A program made the translations under genes and the position numbers. From Macrostomum lignano (Eukaryota), in contig NIVC01003904.1 in NCBI GenBank assembly GCA_002269645.1, positions 1-20,115 of the forward strand: DNA of 20,115 nucleotides. Direction: 5' to 3'. The notes below the pieces were generated by a model. The model saw only the letters and a program-made list of their open reading frames with translations, did not search any database and had not been told where the DNA came from. The number at the start of each line of letters is the position of its first letter. Position 1 is the first letter of the stretch. Shown here piece after piece: positions 1 through 9,600 of this stretch.

Positions 1-2400
1 TAATTATAATAACAGAGTCAGTCGCACCACGCTCGCGGGCGTAACGGCTTGTGGTGATGAATTTATCCTTGGAAGTGTATATAGGCTGCAGCCACGCCTG
101 GGCCTATTCGCCTCTGCCCTGCCACCACCCCCTACGGCCTGAAAACCCTGGGACTAAGCATTGGCTAATTCCGGGACCAAGGGAGGGGTGAAGCTCAGTG
201 TACACAGGTTCAAGTGTACATTTGTACAGGGAAGGCCGCCTGTCCCCCCCCCGCAATGCTCATCACATAGCCCAGCCGACCCTCCCCGCTCTGCAATGCT
301 TTTAGCTTCCCTTCTATCCACCGACCTCGTGCTCTCGCGAGGTTTTTTAGGGGAGAGAGAGAGGGGGAGGGTTTAATTGCCTCAAAACCAGAAATTCGCC
401 CTTCGCCACAGAGCCTCTCTACTCCTTCGCTTTTCAAAACAAGCCTCCCCAACCGCGAAAACCAAGGCCTTGATTCAAGCAAACGTAATCCCTCTCCCCG
501 CAACGTCCAACCCTCCACAGTACTGTCCGAGGCGGGGCGGTCTGGAGGACGGACTAAGCACTAGCAGAACCGGATCAATACGCCGCAACCCCAACAAAGG
601 CAGCAGGAGAGAGCTGGCAATCCGTGAATGGGAGAGGGTAGCTAGCGGCCACGGGGGTGTTGTAAAAATCCCCTCCCCCTCCTTACTGCACTCCAAAAAA
701 GCCCGCCAGATACTTAGAGGGTCGCAAACTATTGTAACTAATATAGCACTTGTGCGCAATGTTGGACTGTAGCTTAACTGCTTAATCCTCTCTACTAATG
801 TTGCAATAGTTGCTCACTTCAGCAGAACAGTTTATTAAATACAATCCTCGAATTCACAATTGTCTGCTGCTTCTTATTATTTCTTTCTTGAGGATCACAA
901 TTTGTACTTTCGCAAGCTGCTGGCCCCTGCCAGTTCTGAGCCTATAAAACCTGGATTGTAAACAAAAATCATGCCTCATTAGCTAGGCTTCTGAGACTCT
1001 AGCCCAATTTACAATCCTTAAGACTGCAGGCTATTATTGAATTGAAAGCAGTGGGGGTGGGATTTAGAGAATGGATTATTTATTGTGCTGCACTGAGTAA
1101 CTCGTCAGGGCGGGACTTGTGACAGGGCGATGAATAATGGCTTGGCCATGGTAAGGATTGCACCCAGTATCTGTGTGTACATTTTTATTGTGCACCCAGT
1201 GCAATTCATTATCTGGGGCTGAGAGGGAACCATATATTGCCCCAAATTGTTTACCTATAATTAGAGGTTTTGCAATGTACGAAAAATCAAAGCAAGATGG
1301 CTGTAAAAATCTGTTACGAGATTCAATTAAAAGTCCATCGGTCCAATTGACCTCTCTGAGTGCGACGGTGGCGCAGCCCGAACTGGCTGGCAATCAAGCT
1401 GCTGCACGCACCCCAATAATTGTTTAATTTAGATTAGCTAATTGAAACTTGCTATATTATAGATAAGAAGGCTTTGCGCCTGCGGAGCCAGAATTTTCCA
1501 AAGTTTCATATTTGTGCGCTGCGTGGTTGTTTTCACTAAAGATAAACCGACCACCCTGAGAGCCCATCACCATGATAACTTTTATCTATGAAGTTTTGCA
1601 GCTTCCGGTACTGAATCATGTGACCCGATGCCTGTTTATATCGATTAATCGATGCTTCAAGCGATACGGTTATTTATAAACAATATTCCTATGCCACTAC
1701 TTATAGTAAAAAATCTTGTTAATTTAATCAGTAGAACAGCAAACCAACATGTAAGACATCTACGCGGTTTAACTGCGATAATTTCAAGGCTAAATTTCTA
1801 ATATTTTAAAGCAAACGAAGTCAATAATTTGATTAGGAGTCCCCGAAAAGAAAGTCTGCTACTAGCTCGTAGAATACGAAGTATTAAATCATTGAAGTGC
1901 ATTCAGAACTCAGAACTGTCTCAGACTTGCAACATTATTTATGGTTTTAATGAAGCTTGGGTCAGCTGCGCAGCCTGAAAGTCTGCGTGAACTTTCTGTA
2001 TGCCAGGCCATCTGAATTCCATTTATTTCGCAGATAATTTAGAAATTCGGTATCATTTATGTGAGAGCTCGCGCCCAGGCGTCTACAAGAGGCCGCGGCT
2101 CTCTTTCAATGAGAGACAGTTTCAAACTGATTCTGTGAATTATGAGTTATTATAACAGCAAATATCGTGAGAACCTAATAACAATGTTACTAGTTTGCAT
2201 GGTGCTTGCATGTAACTTTGCGCGATTACATGCGAGCTGTAGTTTTTTTCGAAGTTGCTATAATTTTTTAGCATATACAAGTATTTACTGAGCAAGACTC
2301 TGCAGCCACCATAGCTCCATCGGGATGTTCAACTGCCCTCTTCTTTTTTGTTTTTTTTAACTTATCCTTGGCCAACCGGCTTTCTGTGGGAGAATAGATT

Positions 2401-2610
2401 TGGATTAGGGTTTAGATTAGCATAGGTTTAGGGTTTAGGTTAGAGCCTAATTTAGGGTTTAGGCTTGGGTTAGGGTTAGGGTTAGGGTTTGGGTTTGGAT
2501 TAAAGTTTTGGGTTAGGCTTTAGGTCTAAGTTGCATGGGTTTAGGACTAGGGTTTAGGTTAGGGTTTTTTGGTTATAGAGTTTAGGCTTAAGTTTGGGTT
2601 GAGGCCTTGG
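2401..2610 (+). repeat. Degenerate interstitial telomere-like (TTAGGG/TTTAGGG)n tract
   Basis: Perfect TTAGGG x3 at 2470-2487 inside ~200 nt of variants (TTTAGGG, TTTGGG, TTAGG). Confidence 0.85.
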
Positions 2611-3576
2611 CAGTTTTCATAGATTCGCTTTCCATAGAGTTTGTCTGAAGCACAAATGTCTAGGCACTTATTTGTGTTTGCAGGGAACTTCTTCGATAAT
2701 CTTGATAAGTCCTTGAAAAGCAATTTACCAGTACAAGTTACATGTGGCCAGCTGTATTGTCATATGTGCGTAACATGCACGGGCACTGCATAAAAAACTG
2801 AAGTACATGAAAATTATAGCTTATATCCCTCCAAAGTACTCAATATACACCAGTAAAACATGAGCTAAACAGTGGGCATCCTCCCGCTTCTGCACATGCA
2901 TGTATACGAGTAATGTGCATAACAGTAGTTACTGGCAGACGTAATCGAAGAAAAATCAGTTGCAAACATAAATACAACAATAAATAAAATAATCGCGTGA
3001 AGTATCATAACTGCACAAATTAATAACCATCCTTTGCCGAAGCCTAAATAATTTTTGTATTTGAGTTGCCAAATAAACGCGTGCTATACATGTACCCAGT
3101 CAGCAGTGCATGGCAATGAAATTTCATAGCTTGCGGTTTATTTTATACTTGTTTAAATTGTTTAAATCATGCGAGTCTTCACTTATGTGCAAGCCAAAGA
3201 ATACTAATCGTCCTTGGGTTCACGGTTTGAATGTAAGGTCCGTCCCGTCCCTGCAACCTTGGGCACCACTCGAAAGTTTTTTAAGATCAGTAGAAATTTT
3301 GAACTAAAATGAAGTTTTTGTTATTCACTCGAGAGTTAAAAAATTAAATCTTTTTAAGTTTTTCATAATAGCAACTTAATTTCAGTCATTTAGGACTAAT
3401 TTCTTTTGATAAAATATTCATTAGTTTGTTATACTTAACATCCCCATAACAACGCCAAAGCGCGTAAAGACAATTAAACTGCCATTCCGATATTTGATCC
3501 TGAGCCCCCGCTTCATAAATAATTAATGCAATTGTAGTACACTGTCAGAATGTTATTGATTTAAAGTACATCAAAA

Positions 3577-3678
3577 ATGCCTGGTGACCCAGAGCAAGGA
3601 AGGCGCTCAAACAGTGCCCAGAAGAGCAAGGCACGTGTTTCAGTTTTGACTAGCGGAGAAAATATAAAGGAAAAACAG
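3577..3678 (+). CDS. DNAH5: Candidate first coding exon ([34 protein letters not shown], 34 codons)
   Basis: AAAAATG start context; open for 102 nt; strong phase-0 donor CAG|GTGAGC at 3678/3679 matching the phase-0 acceptor TGCAG|CAA at 5255/5256. No recognisable homology, so inferred from signals only. Confidence 0.5.
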
Positions 3679-6600
3679 GTGAGCTGAAATGAATAATTTT
3701 GAATTCACTTTTCAGGGTTTATTTATTTCACTACATTTTCTATTTAAATATTCTTTAAGAAATGAAGTATTTAAAAAATATTTTAAAAATGATTTCTGCA
3801 ATTTTTGTTACTGCCAAATCGATAGTGTTGAAACAACATGAGCGCGTAGCCGTAGACGATTCAGTATTATCAGGTGATGACCGAGGAAAAATCGAAATTA
3901 AATATTCTTTAGGTCTTAACACAGTTTCTGCGCATGTACTCTTGTATAACGCAATTAATAATTATAGTACGCCTTAGATTTATGTCTTAGTCAGGTATCT
4001 TGCATATTTTACTCGTAATTAAATTCCATTTTATAATTTGAAGGAATCAAGGTTAGACACAGGAATGGTAGTAGCATATAGTTAAATATAGCAAAATAGC
4101 TCAAATGACTGGAAGAAAAGTTAAAGAAAATACAAAGCAAATGATAATCAAAGCAAATTTATTAACCGATTTTTTGCTTTTTCTATGAACACTTTTCTTC
4201 TGTGAAACTGCTGAAGCTAAAACGTATTGTAACATTTTCAATCGAATAGAATTTTTATGCTTAAATTTCTTTTAAATTTTTACATTTTAACCCCAAATTC
4301 AGTGTTTTTTATTTTATTATATTGTTTCTTCTAAGACATATTATCTTAATTACTGAAACGGGAATTAAGGTTAATTTCAATGCCCAAAGCCCCGATAAAA
4401 TGCAATTTTCAGAAATAATTGCTTTGGAAATTTAAAACGAAATATTATTTTCTTCTTGTACAGTTCAAGATTTTTTTACAACTAAAACGCATTTTTTCAC
4501 ACGAATCTAAAAGGGCCAAAATTCGTGGTGACGAAAATGATTTTTCAAAGCCAACCCTCAGTGCTTCGTTTTACTCGTACGTGGCTTTTGTTAATTCTTT
4601 CGTGCTTGGAATTTGCGAATACTTTGCCGATCTCCGAGAAAAACTTCACGTATTTGTCCAAGCCCCACCCCGCAGCTCAACACCTGTCAATCTGTGACTC
4701 TCCTACCAGACCTGCACAGCTGCATTACTTTCGCTTTTCTCTCTGCACAGCTTCATGCCTCAAGAGTTTTGACTAAAGCATTCTAATTAGCCGTCAAGCT
4801 GCCGCGTTGCTATTGGAAACCGTGGGGCAGACTTGCAGCTGCGCCTGGGTGGCGCCTGAGGGTCAACGGGCAGTGCGGGTGGCCGTTCCTCCATGTCTCG
4901 CAGCATTTATAAATGGCTGACTGCTTAAAGACAAAATAATACAAGGTAAAATTTCACACCGAAGTCGGGTCAATCTACAGCATGCACAGCATTTTATGGA
5001 TTGACCTAGCAACATGCTTCTTCGTAAAGTTAGTTCACTTTGACTGATTTTCTGAAGTTTTTTTCGTTTCGTTGTGTGAATTTCTCTGGTGGCCAAGCGC
5101 TACTTGAATAGCTGAAGCACTTTGAGCCTAATAAAGTGAAACTAGAACAAATTCCCACATTTTGTGCAGCATATTTTAATCATTTTTTGTATGTTTTCGA
5201 TGCAACAATACGAACGTAGCTTTAATATTTGTTCATCCAACCGAATTCAATGCAGCAAAAATTGAAAGAGGAACGCGAGGCCAAGCGGAACCAGCTGGAT
5301 GACCGGCACCGGCACCTGCTGGACCAGGTGGCCGACTTCTACTGCCTGGACCGAGCCGAGGTCGAAGACGGCATCCTTGATGGCAACAGCGTTGACCAGA
5401 TGGAGCAGTTCTTCGCAGCTGACGGGCCATGCAAGATTTTCGTGCACTACCAGGAGCCCGACCTGGATAGGGAGGCCCGTAAGCCTGCAGCTTAGGTTTT
5501 TTTCCACTTACCTTCAGGGACTTTCCTTCAGATCCTCAGTGAATACTGTTACCCTTCATCTCGTCTCAAAGATTATAACAAAAAGTTAGTGCACCAATTT
5601 AAACGCTCGTGAAATAAAAACAAACTGCTACCCCAGAGCCGCGTCAGAACAGGTCGCACCGAAAGCCGGTCGGGACCGCCGAATTTTATTCTACAGGTAT
5701 TTTCGAGGCCGAATAGGTCACGTCAGGTCACGCTCCCTATTTACCGCATACGTATAGTCACTTAAAACTCAATATTATCGCTTAATACGTATTATGCTCA
5801 CATTTCTAAATATATATAGTCAAGAGCGCTTTCACCCCGCAAGCTTAATAATTCAATGCCAATTGTTTATTTTTAATCACCCCTTAATTTTTATGCACCG
5901 CAAAGAGTGCAGGTAATTAATTTTGATAGCATTGCAAAGCATCCTTGCATAAGCATTCCGTTCCTGCTTTTTAAATTTTTCATAAAGTTTCCCTTGTCCC
6001 CTGGTGGGCTTAAATGGGACTTTTAGAGGGAGGCGAGTTTTAGCTATCTGAAGAATTGGTAGCATCCTAAGGGGATTTTTAGCATCCTAAGGGGATTTGT
6101 AGCATCCTAAGGGGATTTGTAGCATCCTAAGGGGATTTGTAGCATCCTAAGGGGATTGGTAGCATCCTGAGGGGATTGATAGCATCCTGATAGGATTGGT
6201 AGCATCCCGAGGGGATTGGTAGCATCCTGAGGGGATTGGTAGCATCCTGAGGGGATTGGTAGCATCCCGAGGGGCTTGGTAGCATCCCGAGGGGATTGAT
6301 AGCATCCTGAGGGGATTGGTAGCATCCTGAGGGATTGGTAGCATCCCGAGGGGATTGATAGCATCCTGAGGGGATTGGTAGCATCCTGAGGGGATTGGTA
6401 GCATCCTGAGGGGATTGATAGCATCCTGAGGGGATTGATAGCATCCTGAGGGGATTGGTAGCATCCTGAGGGATTGGTAGCATCCTGAGGGGATTGGTAG
6501 CATCCTGAGGGATTGGTAGCATCCTGAGGGGATTTGTAGCATCTTGAAGGAAGTAGTAGCATCCCGAGGGGATTGTTTGGATTCTGAGCCAATGCATCCC

Positions 6601-9600
6601 TCAAAAAAAGTGCATTCTGTACTTTCATCTCGCACTCCCAGCCGACCACATCCGCATCGGCCAGCCGGGCACGAAATCCACGCGCGCTCAGAAGCCGCGC
6701 ATCTTCGTCTCGGACGGCGCCACGGCGCCAATCAAGGGACCCTGCGCCGTATTCATGCGCTCCAACTGCCAGACAGCCATCACTGAGGCCAACATCGCCA
6801 AGGAGGTGAACTTTCTCAGCATTGACGGCTCCGACGGGGTACTGAAAGGTGTCGAACAGATTCTCTCCCAGCTGCTGGTGCCACAGCTTCGAGAACTTCA
6901 GGGCGGCTGGGGACAGCTGGAGACTCAGGAGCACACGAAGCAGCACTTCCTCAACAGTCTGGAGAACTTCGTCAGCCTGCTCAACAGTGAGTTGTGGGAC
7001 CACTGCTTGCGATTCTCTATTGTCCTTGTCACTCTCCCATCCTCCTGGCACTCTCCCATCCTCCTGGCACTCTCCCATCCTCCTGGCACTCTCCCATCCT
7101 CCTAGCACTCTCCCATCCTCCTGGCACTCTCCCATCCTCCTAGCACTCTCCCATCCTCCTGGCACTCTCCCATCCTCCTAGCACTCTCTCATCCTCCTGG
7201 CACTCTCCCATCCTCCTGGCACTCTTCTATCATCCTAGCACTCTCCCATCCTCCTGGCACTCTTCTATCATCCTATTGGCACTCTTCTATCATTCTTGGC
7301 ACTCTTCTATCATCTTTGACACTCTTCTATCATCCTTGGCACTCTCTCATTATCATTGGCACTCTCCCATCATCCTTGGCACTCTCCCATCATCCTTGGC
7401 ACTCTTCTATCATCCTTGGCACTCTCTCATTATCATTGGCACCCTTCTATCATCCTTGGCACTCTCCCATCATCCTTGGCACCCTTCTATCATCCTTGGC
7501 ACTCTTCTATCATCCTTGGCACTCTCCCATCATCCTTGGCACTCTTCTACCAGGCGCCCAAGACACCATCAACGACAAGGTGGTGCTGAAGCCGTGCACC
7601 GGCTTCGACCTGCGCCGGCTGAAATCCGTTACGGACCTGAACTCGGCGGCCTCGCACACGGAGAGCCTGACGGCCATCGAGGAGTGCGCGGCCGGCTGGA
7701 TGAAGCAGATCGAGCAGGTGCTGGCCGAGACCGAGCAGATCCGGCGCGAGGCCGACAATGTGGGGCCTCGGGCCGAGCTGGAGTACTGGAAGCGGCGGAT
7801 GGCCAAGTTCAACTACCTGCTGGACCAGCTCAAGTCGCACGACGTCAAGCAGGTTCTGGGCGTGCTCAACGCCGCCAAATCGCGCTCTTTGAAGGTGAGC
7901 AGTCAAGTCTGAGTGTTTAAATTATGCACCAGATATGCATTTTTATCTTTGCATGAATATTTCATCCTTCTTCCCTTCCTCTTCCTCTCCTCTCCTCTCC
8001 TCTCCTCTCCTCTCCTCTCCTCTCCTCTCCTCTCCTCTCCTCTCCTCTCCTCTCCTCTCCTCTCCTCTTCTCTCCTCTCCTCTCCTCTCCTCTCCTCTCC
8101 TCTCCTCTTCTCTCCTCTCCTCTTCTCTCCTCTTCTCTTCTCTCCTCTCCTCTCCTCTCCTCTTCTCTCCTCTCCTCTCCTCTCCTCTCCTCTCCTCTCC
8201 TCTCCTCTCCTCTCCTCTCCTCTCCTCTTCTCTCCTCTTCTCTTCTCTCCTCTCCTCTCCTCTCCTCTCCTCTCCTCTCCTCTCCTCTCCTCTCCTCTCC
8301 TCTCCTCTCCTCTCCTCTTCTCTCCTCTCCTCTTCTCTCCTCTTCTCTCTCTCCTCTCCTCTCCTCTCCTCTCCTCTTCTCTCCTCTCCTCTCCTCTCCT
8401 CTCCTCTCCTCTCCTCTCCTCTCCTCTCCTCTCCTCTCCTCTCCTCTCCTCTCCTCTCCTCTCCTCTCCTCTCCTCTCCTTTCCTCTCCTCTCCTTTCCT
8501 CTCCTTTCCTCTCCTCTCCTCTCCTCTCCTCTCCTCTCCTCTCCTCTCCTCTCCTCTCCTCTCCTCTCCTCTCCTCTCCTCTTCTCTCCTCTTCTCTTCT
8601 CTCCTCTCCTCTCCTCTCCTCTCCTCTCCTCTCCTCTCCTCTCCTTTCCTCTCCTCTCCTCTCCTCTCCTCTCTCCTCTCCTCTCCTCTCCTCTCCTCTC
8701 CTCTCCTCTCCTCTCCTCTCCTCTCCTCTCTATTTTTCTTTTCTCTATTCTAATCTCCTTTTCTATCTCCAATCTATCGTCTTGTCGCCAACGCTGCCCC
8801 TTGTATTCACAAGTGCATATGGTGTGCAGTGGAATATTTATTTAATACTTAGTTTATTATAACTTGCACATAATTACAATTATGTATAGGAATCGCCTTG
8901 CATGTCTGCCACAAGGACTCTGCTTTCGCATACAATTAAACGCTGGGGGTCTCCCCGACCGCCCGTTTCTGTCATTTCACTTTTTATTTTCTTGTTTTCT
9001 TTACCTTCCTAAGATGAAGCGCCTCTGCTTTGCAGTTGCTATGGACGCCAAGCACCCTGTTGTGCGGTCTGTCTCTCTGAGTCTCTCTCTCACCCTTTCG
9101 GTTGTTTTACTGTGCGTGTTTGGCTGAACCACGTCGAGTTTAGCGTGACAGGGGGTCGGGTCGGGTACGGCAAGACACACACAGAAAATTTTTAATCAAG
9201 ACCCGCGCACTGCATTGTTGACCTGTTGTGCAAAGGCTAAAGGCATCTTGAATTAGAAGCGCTCTCCTAACCTGTGACGCCTCTCTCGCCATAGCAACCG
9301 CACACCTATCTTCACTGCTCCTCTTCTACCTAAGCCGGGCAGGCAGTAATTGTGCAGTGCTGCCTGCTTTCTCTAAATTATTTTCGAATAAAATTTTCTG
9401 CCAAAGCTACTATTGGTAGAATATATCTTTTTAGTCGTAATTGCAATATTTTGGAGTATTAAATCATTTTTACATTTAAAATCGCGCCAAAACAAGCATT
9501 ATTTTTTATTGTTAATATATAAAGTACGTAAAATCCACGAGTGCATTTGAGTAACTTAAATGATTTGAATTACTAATGCCTGTTTAGAATTATGCAGAGT

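Noticed and set aside
324-348. 8-bp hairpin followed by T6, resembling a bacterial intrinsic terminator
   Set aside because: The context is a eukaryotic spliceosomal locus and no upstream Pol III gene is evident.
161-1427. Short ORFs on both strands (161-376, 210-518, 377-772, 475-759, 1076-1393, 1158-1427)
   Set aside because: No recognisable domains, non-ATG starts, mutually overlapping, and lacking the codon bias of the true exons.
3110-5096. AT-rich ORFs 3110-3307, 3762-3977, 4419-4697, 4525-4776 and 4863-5096
   Set aside because: Intergenic or intron-1 chance ORFs with no homology or coding-like composition.
6052-6575. Regular ~20-nt repeats, here and the 44-mer at 19829-20115, as a CRISPR array
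   Set aside because: Head-to-tail units with no unique spacers, no cas genes, and a eukaryotic intron context.
6107-7589. Repetitive ORFs ([11 protein letters not shown]..., LALSHHPW..., GGWESARRM...)
   Set aside because: Translations of the intron 2 and intron 3 minisatellites.
7903-8845. Long ERRGE / SSPLL ORFs
   Set aside because: Artefacts of the stop-free (TCTCC)n microsatellite.
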